A stretch of 64,000 nucleotides of DNA from Eledone cirrhosa (Eukaryota). Made by a program: the position numbers and the translations under genes. The stretch spans positions 13,950,001 to 14,014,000 of the forward strand of contig OZ024745.1 of NCBI GenBank assembly GCA_964016885.1, in the 5' to 3' direction. The notes beneath the pieces are model-generated. The model saw only the letters and a list, made by a program, of their open reading frames with translations. It made no database searches and was not told the origin of the DNA. Of this stretch, positions 25,494-36,605 are shown one piece after another (position 1 is the stretch's first letter; every line of letters starts with the position of its first letter).

Positions 25494-25869
25494 AGATAAT
25501 AAAATTTGATTCGTTTGCGAGCAAACATCCCCCATTAGACTGTTTTTTAGATGACGATCCTTTTGTTCTAGTGGTGACATTGTTTTTCTGTGTCACCTCT
25601 ACAACAATGGTGATGGTCATCTAAAAAACAGCGTAATGAGGCTGTTTGCTTGCAAACAAATCAATTATTATTAAATATAAAACTCATGGATACACTTTAA
25701 AGGCAACATACTTTGTACAGTTACCGTCTGCCAATTGAAATATGTAAAACGTGATGATGATGATAGTTACTGCTTGGCTCAGAAGTTTGTTTGGCAACCT
25801 GGTCTTAGGTTCTATCTCACTTCGTCACATTTTTGGCAAATGTCTTCTTCTATAGCCTCAGCTTATAAT

Positions 25870-25925
25870 GAGTCAGGACCCAACAGCTGAGCTCTTGCCG
25901 TTTCAACAGCTAGTTTCAGACAATC
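25870..25925 (-). mobile_element. Fragment of foldback family P (3' half of a hammerhead-like motif)
   Basis: Reverse complement CTGAAACTAGCTGTT-GAAAC-GGC-AAGAGCTCA-GCT-GTT-GGGTCCTGA is homologous to 33601-33645 and 35165-35187. Confidence 0.55.
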
Positions 25926-26496
25926 TCTATATATAAACATCAACTCCCCCATTGATTTCAGCATATGAGGATCCTAACAACCTGCTTAGTTTATTCAGTT
26001 AAGATGTTTATGTCGGGTATGATATTTTAGACCTGCCAATGTTACAAGCAAGTCCACAGATTGTGCAAGGGTGAGGATTACTGTACAATGTTACTGGTAT
26101 GTTTGATAATAATTTTGTCCTTCCTTTTGCTTCTTGTAGCAAATGGATAGATCGATACAACTGCATTTTAAGTTACTAATCCCATTAAGACACAAATCTC
26201 CAGTCCTTCTGTTCCAAGGACTATTCACAGTAACTATACTAACCCTAACATTAACTCTCACACACTCATCTTTCTACACCTCTACCTTTATACAAACATT
26301 AACTCTCACACACTCATCTTTCTACCCCTCTACCTTTATACAAACAATAAAACACAAAACATACCATTTTACAACAATTTTTACCTCGTTTATTGTATTT
26401 TATTATATTCTAGCTTCTCCCTCTCAGCTCCCTATAGCTTACTTTTCTTACTTTGCCCTGAACTGCATACACTACAAAAGACTACACAACCCATTA

Positions 26497-26870
26497 ATCA
26501 TCATCACCGTTTTACGGCTATTCTTCCACACTAGCATGGGTTAGACGGGTTGTCCTGTTGTGGGCAGTAGCCGGTCGGCTGACCATGTCTTGCTCATACG
26601 GGAACTGATTCTGGCTTGGTTTCTACAGCTGGATGCCCTTCCTAACACCAACCTCATTTACAGTGAGTGCCGGGTGCTTTTTTCTGTGGCGCCTACACGT
26701 CCACTTTACAGTGTGGGCTGGGTGCTTTTTGGCTGTTGCACCTGCACAACCACTTTACAGTGCAAGGGTATGGAGGCATATTGTCTATATGCTTTAGCTT
26801 CGGCTTGTACCCGTGGAGGGTCGGGTCTTCTGTATTACTGCGAGACGCCAGAGGTCAAGGTCGTGTGTCA
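26497..26870 (-). mobile_element. Non-autonomous element sharing the RTE 3' UTR and (GAT)n tail; related copies at 56565-56925(+), 14226-14480(-), 33663-33785(-), 36960-37034(-), 39020-39240(-)
   Basis: CATCATCACCGTTT..CTAGCATGGGTTAGACGGG..CTGGATGCCCTTCCTAACACCAACC is the reverse complement of the RTE tail. Confidence 0.82.
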
Positions 26871-26914
26871 AATATATATATACAGAGTGCAGCAGAAAAA
26901 CCTCCAATATTTTA

Positions 26915-27245
26915 CATAGTGCATAGCTCGGAGATCAAAGAGTCACTCCAGGTAGAGCTGCTACTTCTCTGAATTGAGAGATTACAGCTCCGATACTATG
27001 GACATGTGGTTAGTATGTCTCAGGAAAGAATCGCTGGAGAGATTCTATGGACAAAACCAACCGACAGGAGACCCAGGGGTAGACCCCGAGTAAGATTGTT
27101 GGATAACATCTATGAGCTTGGCTGGTCTTGCTTGGAGATCCAGCTGGATCAGTTGGAGATGGTTGCTTCTGACAGGACCCTCTGGAAGGAGTGTTTGAGG
27201 ACTTTGCCCCCATGACCCTCTCAGGAATAAGTGGGCAAAGAAGAC
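26915..27245 (+). mobile_element. Non-autonomous RTE 3'-end element
   Basis: VHSSEIKESLQVELLLL*IERLQLRYYGHVVSMSQERIA...RRPRGRPRVR..DRTLWK. Confidence 0.85.
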
Positions 27246-28837
27246 TGTAAAATATGGGTGGAGATGATAAGGGGATGCAACTATTGGAAGGATGCTTGCT
27301 GGTGAGGACCCAACCCAAGCCTTGCAATGATGATGATGGATTTTATTATTAATAATAACTCCACCATATTACAGAAGATTCAACAGAAGTTTAGCTTTCT
27401 GAATATTGGAACCTTACACTTTTAATGTATTCCACATGAGTTGGTTAATTACAGTGATGAAGATGGTGTGGTGGTGGTGGTGGTGGTGGTGATGACAGTG
27501 TTGGTGATGATGACAATGATGGATGGTAGTAACGGTAACTGAACAAGAATGACATTAATTCCAGTTTAGTATAACATCAATATGTTGATTTGTAGAATTT
27601 CATTTAGAATATCTTTTCTAGCACATATCTATATGACTCATTCCTAGTAGTAGTAGCAGTAGTAGTGGTGGTGGTGGTGGTGGTGGTAGTGGTGATAGCA
27701 ATGGTGATAATGGTGGTAGTAGTAGTAGTTTCTAGTGTTTTGCTCAAGAACACAACACAGAGCCCAGTCCAGGAATTGAACCCACAATAAATGAATGAGC
27801 TCTGGGATCTTGTGAATCAATTCAATTGTTTGGTTGTTATTGCTTTGTGACTTGGACCCCAAGCCTGTTTATGAGGATAGTAACTAACATGGGCCATGAC
27901 AACCTGTCCAGCCCATACTGGCATGGAAGCAGGCGTAAAATGATGATGCTGGTGAAAATAATGATGATTGCAACAATCTGAGAAAGGAGCAATTATAGCA
28001 GGGGCCCATGGGGAAAATTAATTTATGTCCATCATCCATGCTGGCTTGGAATTAATGGGTTTTTTATGGTTCAAAGAAATCTATCATGGCATCAGCACTA
28101 TTCCTTTACAGAGTATACTGAATGCATTTTATTGTGGCACCAGTACAACTACTTTACAGAATGTACTAAGTTCATTTTATGGTGGCACAAGCATGACAAT
28201 TTTACAGAGTGTACTGGGTACATTATATTGTGGCACCAGCGCTACCACATAAAAGGTGTCGTTAGTAGTAAAAAGGTTTGGAACAACCGCTATACTAGAA
28301 GAGTAGGTATTTTCGTGAAGTATTAACCAAACAACTGCAGCAGTTATTTGACAAGTCAGCTACATCTAATACAAATGAAAACACACGAGACTTAATAATG
28401 ATATAGTGTTGTGTACCAATCCTTTATGTAATTGAAATTCTTAGAATAACTACTGATATAGAAATACAAGTTGTGTATATACACACAGACAGACAGAGAC
28501 GAATATTTAACCTTTTCATTATTATATTGTTAATGGAAAACACTGCCTATAATTTTCAAATCATTTATAAAATAATCAAGAATTTGGAAGAATTTAGTAA
28601 TATAAGTAATTTTCTCATTATTAAGCTGGTGTTTGGAACATACCTCAATAACAATTCTTATATAAAATTAAGATGGAAGAATTCTAAATGACTTTGCCTA
28701 AAGTCATTTAAAACCTTCCCATCATTTTAATTGTTAAGTTAACCAGCTTAATAATGAGAAAATTAGTTATATTACTAAATTCCTTCAAATTCTAGATTAT
28801 TTTTAAAATGATTAGAAAATTATAGGCAGAAAAATAA

Positions 28838-29022
28838 AGAACTAGTGCAGTAATGCACCAGTTTCAGCATTCAGTCATCAGAAAAAGTGAAGTAGGCGTA
28901 AAAGCCAAACTCGCTATTTTCAATTCGGTGTTTGTGTCTACCCTAACCTATTGGTCATGAATCTTGGGTAATGACTGAAAGAATAGATCTCAAATACAAG
29001 CAGCTGAAATGGGATTCCTCCC
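28838..29022 (+). pseudogene. RTE ORF fragment just upstream of the region retained in the non-autonomous copies
   Basis: Translates with frameshifts to SAVMHQFQHSVIRKSEVGVKAKLAIFNSVFVSTLTY/GHESWVMTERI/SQIQAAEMGFL. Confidence 0.75.
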
Positions 29023-29164
29023 CCAAAAAAAAATCAGCTTTGTAATTTCGAATCAGGAGCAGTTTCAAGCAATATGGTATCAAAGGGTTTAAGAAAAACA
29101 TTATCAGGAACCTGTAAATATCCTACAAGAAAATCTAAAACTGTTATAAAACATTAAAGAATTA

Positions 29165-29328
29165 CTGTATATACTTGTGTATAAGTTACACATTCTCCCA
29201 TAAAAATACCATGCACAAAAACATGTGACTTATCAAGTAGATCTACAAAACCTCAATTCAAAATACATTGTAAATTGTAAATACTGTATGTAAAAATGGA
29301 GGTGCAAGTTTTACACAAGTATATACAG
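29165..29328. mobile_element. Tc1/mariner (pogo/Tigger-like) MITE
   Basis: TA-CTGTATATACTTGTGTATAA...TTTTACACAAGTATATACAG-TA terminal inverted repeats with TA TSD. Confidence 0.8.
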
Positions 29329-30587
29329 TAATTCCATAAATAATCCACGTATTCCTTCGAGAATATCTAACGTGTGTGTGTGTCTGTGTGTATATCATAA
29401 CTCATACGATATTCACTTTCCTGACATTTGTACATTATTCTATCTCCTATACATGCACCTTTGATGAGTTTTAGTGCACCTGAGCATTGTACACAATTTT
29501 CATTATTTTAGAATTGGCCATCTCATGTTGAGCTGTGCACATGTAGTTAAATCCATCATACAAGGATAAAGTAACAACATTTGATGCCAACTTCCTAGTT
29601 CCATGATTGATATAAAAACAAAACTATTTTAAAGTGTTAATATTTAAATTATATATATATATAATAAAGAAATTAATATTTAAATTAAAACCCCCCAATC
29701 ATAATATTATGTATGAATATAAAACTGTTTTAAAGTTATGTTCCAAAAATCCTACTTAATGGAAATGTTAGTTTTGAAATTGTATGTATCATGTATAGTC
29801 CCATAATACCTGAGGGAGTTATAGGGAAGCCAGAGTGACATACAGCATCTCTAGGGCATCTTTTTAAATCTGGCAGAGCTCAACTCCCCTCGAAGTCTGA
29901 ATAGAGAGTGAGAGAATGGAAGTGAGAAAGAGATGCAGAAGAAGAATTGACTGCAGTATTAGACTAATACTTTTTTTTTTAATCGACCTTGAATAAAGAT
30001 TTGAACTGAAACAAATACCACAAAGCATTCTATCTGATGTTCTAATGACTCTGCCTCTAGTATGGTTTAGTCTTGATATTAAATCCCACTAAATTCCTGA
30101 TTATTTTCAAAAGTAATTGAACAGATAGGCATAATATGGTCAGAAAATAAATTAAAGTTTTTCCTTTATCAATTTAACTAACTAATTAATTCTAGAACTA
30201 TTATATCAACCAGATATTTTACAGAACCAAGAAATATTGTCTGCTCGCTGTGAGGCCATCACTTTCATATTTCCACTGAAATAAAGTCATTACTACTCAA
30301 TTCAATAACAAAATGGAAGATATTTCGAATCCAATATAATGCACAAACCAAACAAATTAATTAGCAATTAGCAGTAACGACAGCTCAAACAACAGTCACA
30401 CCATATCACACGTCATAATGATAGATTCAAGAAAAATATTCACACCCCAATAATAATAATAAATAACATTCCATTATTAAATAGTTTTCCTCACATTAAT
30501 CAGCCAAGATAAATAAAAAAAAAAAAATTAAAAACAACACCCAAACAAAAAATAAACAACATATAAGATAGACACCTTCCACCTAGA

Positions 30588-30946
30588 CCAGAGTTCCTTT
30601 TCCTTTTTACCCTTGTGGAACCCTTGAAATAGTTTTCATGTCTCAGGGAACCCCTGCATAAAAATTAGTGACAGGTAACGACCTAGTTTTAAATAATATA
30701 AGAGGTTGAAGCCTTTATTAGTGACAGGTAACGACCTAGTTTTAAATAATATAAGAGGTTGAAGCCTTTATTACAATAACCAAGGATTTTCCAACATGTC
30801 ATATGTGTTAGTTAAATTATGAATAAAAAATTAAACAAAAATTACTGAAAAATGCATTAGCTTATTTATCACTTTCTCATGGAACCTATAGTAACTTCTT
30901 TGGAAACCCTAGGGTTCCAGGGGTAACACTGGTTAAGAAACGTTGA
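30588..30946. mobile_element. hAT/Charlie-like MITE relic with a 53-bp internal tandem duplication
   Basis: Repeated GGAACCC/GGGTTCC motifs and a GGTTAAGAAACGTTG end; TTAGTGACAGG...GAAGCCTTTA duplicated at ~30665-30770. Confidence 0.55.
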
Positions 30947-31069
30947 TCTCGATTCTAGACCATGATCCTGTCCTTTACTACCTCCAGATAACAAAGAGCA
31001 ATGAAAAATACAAACTCTAAATGCTCAACGAAACCATGAACCAAACAAATACCAGCATTTTCAACTACA

Positions 31070-31681
31070 TTATGACATATCTTATCCACAGGTCAGACAT
31101 AACACCACCATTACCCACCTTACTTATGACATATCTTATCCACAGGTCAGACATAACACCACCATTACCCACCTTACTTATGACATATCATATCCACAGG
31201 TCAGGGCTATAACTCCACCATTTCCCACCTTATGACATATCCACAGATCAGGCCTATAACACCACCATTACCCACCTTATTTATGACATATCTTATCCAC
31301 AGGTCAGGCCTATAACTCCATTACCCACCTTACTTATGACATATATCCACAAGTCAGGCCTATAACACCACCATTACCCACCTTATTTATGACATATCTT
31401 ATCCACAGATCAGGCCTATAACACCACCATTACCCACCTTATTTATGACATATCTTATCCACAGATCAGGCCTATAACTCCACCATTACCCACCTTACTT
31501 ATGACATATCATATCCACAAGTCAGGCCTATAACAACCATTACCCACCTTACTTATGACATATCTTTTCCACAAGTCAGGCCTATAACACCACCATTACC
31601 CACATTATTTATGACATATCATATCCACAGGTCAGACATAACAACACAGCCATTACCCATCTTATTTATGACATATCTTAT
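31070..31681. repeat. ~55-58-bp minisatellite, ~11 copies
   Basis: Unit TTATGACATATCTTATCCACAGGTCAGGCCTATAACACCACCATTACCCACCTTA(C/T). Confidence 0.95.
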
Positions 31682-32076
31682 TGGATTGACTGTTGTTAGA
31701 ACTTGGATAGAATGCTTTGGTATATTAAGAAAAAACTGTTACATTACAGGTCAGCATCTAATGTTCTTAAAATATGTAACAACTTTGCATATAAAAAACA
31801 TGGATAATATATTTTTTAGCCCTTTTTGATTTAAAAAAATACTGGGTGTTACAATGCTATCATATATTAAATTTATACCAACAAAGAAAGCCCCAAAATA
31901 TGGAAAAATGAACAAGATAATAAAAGTCCTCTCCCCCCACCATATATACACTTTAAAAACATTAACTGAAACATCACACAACTAACTATACACAACCTCA
32001 TAATTCCTAGAAAGATTCATCATTGATAATTCCAACCTATGTATTCATTTTCCGTTCTGCCTTACATTGACTCAAC

Positions 32077-32495
32077 ATCATCAAACTACCAACAAACCTT
32101 ACATATAGAATCTATGATAGCTTTACTATCATCAAACTACCAACAAACCTTACATATAGAATCTATGATAGCTTTACTATCATCAAACTACCAACAAACC
32201 TTACATATAGAATCTATGATAGCTTTACTATCATCAAACTACCAACAAACCTTACATATAGAATCTATGATAGCTTTACTATCATCAAACTACCAACAAA
32301 CCTTACATATAGAATCTATGATAGCTTTACTATCATCAAACTACCAACAAACCTTACACATAGAATCTATGATAGCTTTACTATCATCAAACTACCAACA
32401 AACCTTACATATAGAATCTATGATAGCTTTACTATCATCAAACTACCAACAAACCTTACATATAGAATCTATGATAGCTTTACTATTATTAAACT
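32077..32495. repeat. 51-bp minisatellite, 8 copies
   Basis: Unit TCATCAAACTACCAACAAACCTTACATATAGAATCTATGATAGCTTTACTA; explains the 17-aa repeat ORF. Confidence 0.97.
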
Positions 32496-32827
32496 AAACA
32501 CAGAACTCACACAGAATATAAAACGGCTTCACAAACAGGAAAAAACAACCTAACTTATACTATTCTGATTTCTATTGACATCAGCAAAGCTTGTGTTCTC
32601 CACTACCTACTTATGAACATACTACTTACACCTCCTTAACAAACCCATTCTCAATGTTACTAAGTCTATATTGAGTTCAATAACACATTGGAAATCTGAA
32701 ATGTTATGAACTGAGTGCTACAAGAATCTGGTCTCTCTGCCACTCCTTTTACGTTTATTTGCATAAGCTTCCAACAAACATATATATATATATATATAGT
32801 TATGTAATAAACAACATAAGGCAATTA

Positions 32828-32886
32828 TTCCATTTACCAGTGGTTTCTTAAAAGCAAAAAATTTGCTTTCAATCCTCAGAATGAAA
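32828..32886 (-). ncRNA. Type I hammerhead ribozyme (mirror of 32951-33009)
   Basis: Exact reverse complement of the plus-strand hammerhead in the other palindrome arm. Confidence 0.8.
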
Positions 32887-32950
32887 AAATCCTGGTCTGT
32901 TTATTGAATTTTGTTTTTAAAATCCAAATTCAATAAACAGACCAGGATTT

Positions 32951-33009
32951 TTTCATTCTGAGGATTGAAAGCAAATTTTTTGCTTTTAAGAAACCACTGG
33001 TAAATGGAA
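32951..33009 (+). ncRNA. Type I hammerhead ribozyme, family H1
   Basis: Stem I UUUCAUU/AAUGGAA; core CUGAGGA (32958-64); stem II UUGAAAGCAAA/UUUGCUUUUAA; GAAA (32990-93); stem III ACC-acu-GGU; GUA triplet with predicted cut after 33002. Confidence 0.82.
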
Positions 33010-33105
33010 TAATTGCCTTATGTTGTTTATTACATAACTATTAAGCTCTGTTACCTACATAGAGCACTCTTTTTTCCTGGACTTTTCCGACGGAATTACT
33101 TCATT

Positions 33106-33109
<4 letters not shown>

Positions 33110-33195
<86 letters not shown>
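33110..33195. repeat. (TA)n microsatellite; further TA tracts at 32780-32797, 33438-33474, 34280-34301, 35104-35152
   Basis: Direct observation. Confidence 0.95.
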
Positions 33196-33198
<3 letters not shown>

Positions 33199-33298
33199 GG
33201 TGTTGGATGCTTAAAGAGTCCGTATGCAGTGGGCTGTATGAGCACTCGATGCCCTCATCGAGCAAAGTATGAGAGGAAAATCTGCTTTGTAGAATCGA

Positions 33299-33393
33299 GA
33301 CGTATCTGAGGACCGCGCGATTTCAGAGTCAGGTTTGATAACCACATCGATTGTGCCTCGAGCTGGTCACCCGAGAAACAATTGTAATATGTC
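33299..33393 (+). ncRNA. Type I hammerhead-like motif with extended stem II, family H2
   Basis: Stem I GACGUAU/AUAUGUC (7 bp); CUGAGGA (33306-12); 62-nt insert with an imperfect basal stem; GAAAC-AAUU-GUA (palindromic ACAAUUGU); predicted cut after 33386; AATAAA follows. Confidence 0.68.
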
Positions 33394-33434
33394 GAATAAA
33401 TTTCTTTCGTCGCAACACTGATTCTCTTTTTTCT

Positions 33435-33475
<41 letters not shown>

Positions 33476-33477
33476 CA

Positions 33478-33657
33478 AAGGAATTGTGGTAAGGAACCAG
33501 ATGGACCATAACGCACCAGAGTACTCAATACTTAGGGTAATAGGAAAAAGTATGACCCCGACGGCAGAGCTCAAGCCGTTTCGACGGCTATTTCTGAGTC
33601 CAGAAATAGCCGTCGAAACGGCTTGAGCTCTGCCGTCGGGGTCATACTTTTTCCTAT
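33478..33657. mobile_element. Foldback family P copy with a perfect 57-bp-arm hairpin (33540-33596 / 33601-33657)
   Basis: ATAGGAAAAAGTATGACCCCGACGGC...CTATTTCTG agtc CAGAAATAG...CATACTTTTTCCTAT. Each arm carries GAAAC-GGC-loop-GCC-GUC. Flanked by (TA)n. Confidence 0.8.
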
Positions 33658-34078
33658 ATATATATCATCATCATCATCATCATCATTTAACGTCCTCTTT
33701 CCACGCCAGTATGGGTTAGACAGGTTGTCCCATTTGAGGCAAGTTTGGTCAGGTGACTGAATCCTGCTCATACAGAACTCCATAACTTCTGAGTTGGTGC
33801 CATTACAGTACCAACTCTGAAGTTAGGGAGTTCACAGAGAGAGGGGAGGAAGAGGAGGATGAAGGATCAGGGAGAAGGGTAGGAGATGAATTTATGTTGG
33901 TTTTGGTTTTCCATGCCTGAAATAAAGAGGGGTGTTTCCGGAGGCAAGAGGTGAATTCATCATCTTTATAGTGCACTGATTCTCCATCTCTGTAGCCCAT
34001 TCATCATACGGAACAACAACCAGATCTATGATAATGTTTAGGTGTGGTAGCCAAAGTAGTGGCATATGCAATAGAAAT

Positions 34079-34084
<6 letters not shown>

Positions 34085-34148
<64 letters not shown>
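34085..34148. repeat. (GT)n microsatellite
   Basis: Direct observation. Confidence 0.95.
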
Positions 34149-34152
<4 letters not shown>

Positions 34153-34190
34153 TCGAAAAAATCCACTGTCAATAAATACATCAGGATTTG

Positions 34191-34249
34191 TTCATTCTGA
34201 TGACTGAAAGCAAATTTTGTTTGCTTTCAAGAAACCACTGGTAAATGAA
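34191..34249 (+). ncRNA. Type I hammerhead ribozyme, family H1, diverged copy within repeat 34168-34281
   Basis: Stem I UUCAUU/AAUGAA; canonical CUGAUGA (34197-203); stem II UGAAAGCAAA/UUUGCUUUCA with a basal C.A mismatch; GAAACC-acu-GGUA; predicted cut after 34243. Confidence 0.82.
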
Positions 34250-34300
34250 ATAATTATCTTATGTTGTTTATTACATAACTATATATATATATATATATAT

Positions 34301-35105
34301 ATGAAAGGCAGGTTGTACGATGCCTGCATACGAACAGCAATGTTGCATGGTAGTGAGACCTGGGCATTGTGTGCAGAGGATATACGCAGACTAGAGAGGA
34401 ACGAAGCTTGCATGCTCCGCTGGATGTGTAACAGTAATATACGTGAACGGCAAAGCATAAACGAACTAAGGAAAAAATTAGAGATAAGAGGGATCAGATG
34501 TTGTTTACTCGAGAGAAGGCTGCGTTGGTATGGACACGTGATGCGCATGAAAGTCGATAGCTGTATTACAAAGTGCAGGGCAATAAAGATAGACGGTAGC
34601 CACGGAATAGGCAGACCTAGAAAAACATGGGATGAGCTGATAAACTCCGACCTCACACACTTACACCTTTCCAAGACAATGTCACTGGACCGTGACCTTT
34701 GGCGGTACTCAGTAACAGAGAAGACCCGCCTTGCCAGTAGGCATCTCTAACAAAATACACCCCTCCCGCCGCCACCCCCACCCCATCCACACCACCCCGT
34801 TCTATGTAAAGTTATGTTGGTGCCGCGCCATCCAGGCCGAAACAAATGAGATCGTGTAGGTGTCACGACAAAAAAACACACAGTCCACGCTGTAATGTGG
34901 CCGTGTAGGCAACACGGTAAAAACCTCCCAGGCCCACACTGTAAATGTGGTTGGTGTTAGGAAGGGCATCCAACTGTAGAAAACCTGCCAGACAGTCCTA
35001 TGCGAGCAAGACAATCACTCTTGCCTCAAGTGGGACTACCCCCGTCCAAACCCATGCAAGCGTGGAACACGGACGTTAAACGTTGATGATGATGATGATG
35101 ATGAT
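34301..35105 (+). mobile_element. 5'-truncated RTE LINE, inserted in (TA)n
   Basis: MKGRLYDACIRTAMLHGSETW...LRWYGHVMR...GRPRKTW matches the C-terminus of 43950-45026; 3' UTR and (GAT)n tail present. Confidence 0.93.
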
Positions 35106-35149
35106 ATATATATATATATATATATATACATACATACATACATACATAT

Positions 35150-35270
35150 ATATGAAAAATTCAGGAGCCCAGCCGTTGGGGTCCTGAATTTTTCATATTA
35201 CCCACTCTACTACTCCAAGTATCAAGGACTCTGGTGAGTAATAGTCTAACTGGTTTTATCACCACAATTG
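35150..35270 (+). mobile_element. Foldback family P copy
   Basis: Palindrome ATATGAAAAATTCAGGA..TCCTGAATTTTTCATAT (35150-35198), followed by the reverse complement of the body seen at 19425 and 33481. Confidence 0.7.
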
Positions 35271-35318
35271 ATTTCATCACTTCCTCTTGTATCACTAATT
35301 TCACCACCTTTATTTAAC

Positions 35319-35503
35319 CGGTGGATTGGCAGTATCGGTAGAGGGTCGAACGCCATGCTTTGCAGCATAGTTACGTCCCTTTACGATCTGAGTTTAAATC
35401 CCTCCGAGGTTAACTTTGCCTTTCATTCTTATGGGGTCGATAAAATAAAGTACCAGTAATACACTTGGATAATTGCTGGCCTTGTGCCAAAAGTAGAAAC
35501 AAT
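35319..35503 (+). mobile_element. SINE type 1 (TSD TTATTTAAC)
   Basis: CGGTGGATTGGCAGTATCGGTAGAG...GTAGAAACAA flanked by TTATTTAAC. Confidence 0.88.
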
Positions 35504-36605
35504 TATTTAACATCACATGTATTCTCCAGCACATTTTCACCCATCCCATACACTATAATTTTTCTTTTTCTACCACCATTTTATTCCATACAATAGCTAT
35601 ATAGATGCACTGCTAACGCATGTACATCCCCACATGTTTTGTGTGTGTGTACACCCCTGCACACCGATATAGTCGTATGGATCCCCGGGCCTATGAGCAC
35701 GCATATCATTAGTGTGTACATATGCAAAGACGCAGACACGTGTATGTTGCGTGCCTGAGACAGTGTGTCCCAAACTACGCATAATTAGTGAGCGCATTGT
35801 GCCTGTGCAGGCATGCGTGATAACCAATATGGACATTCCATATGTCCTTCCACAAGCAAAAGTATCTAGTAATGTCTGTCTGTGTGGCTGAGTGTATCTG
35901 CTGGGTGTACGTGTGTGAGGTGATATATACATGTATGTATGTTTATACTGATGCATGTATAGAAGTGCGTGCATCTGTGTGTGTCTCGGGGTGCATGTGT
36001 ACACATGTATATTTATATTCCTTTTTATATTATTTTCACACAATATGCACTGCACCAGTATCTTGTCTTTACCCACAGTTATTTTAGCAACCTTTTCACA
36101 ATTTTTTTAGAGTCTTTTCAAACACTAACCCCACACCATAATTCATTAATTCTTTATAGCGCAAATGCTCCTTTAAGTATAAACAGCTTACAAATAAGCC
36201 CCACCCCAACCTAGTATAACCTACTTCCCTTATGTCTCTCTTTTCCACTCCCCCTTCTGTGACAAACCGATGACCAACAGAATCCCCACCCCATAGTACA
36301 ACACCGCACTCTTTCATCTCCCATCACAAATAGCCCTACCACATCCACACCACACCAGCACCTCCACCTCACCATGTACACGCCAAAATGTCTATAAGCC
36401 AAAACACCACACCCCACCTGCAACTCACATCAACCATCACTCTCCACCACCACCTCGGCATTATGTTCCCCTCCCCCACCTATACCAAAACATTCCTCAT
36501 AGCTAAACCACCAATGAAAACAACATCAACTGACCACCGTATGAACATGAAACGTTACAGATATTTCTATGCTTTATATATCCATTGTGTGATTACCACA
36601 GCAGA

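Larger units (their letters stand above)
32796..33041. repeat. Perfect long palindrome: 116-bp arms (32796-32911, 32926-33041), 14-nt spacer
   Basis: ATAGTTATGTAATAAACAACATAAG...TTATTGAATTT / AAATTCAATAA...CTTATGTTGTTTATTACATAACTAT. Confidence 0.95.

Noticed and set aside
28838-28886. Minus-strand CTGATGA..GAAA with a 9-bp stem III and GUU, resembling a hammerhead
   Set aside because: Stems I and II do not pair, and the plus strand is an RTE coding relic, so it is probably a chance match.
32039-32497. 152-aa ORF with 17-aa repeats
   Set aside because: A 51-bp minisatellite with near-perfect nucleotide identity and no sign of codon-level selection.
33201-33417. Possible solo LTR (TGTTG...CAACA, internal AATAAA)
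   Set aside because: No TSD, PBS or PPT. The hammerhead-like H2 motif and homology to 36.6 kb explain it better.
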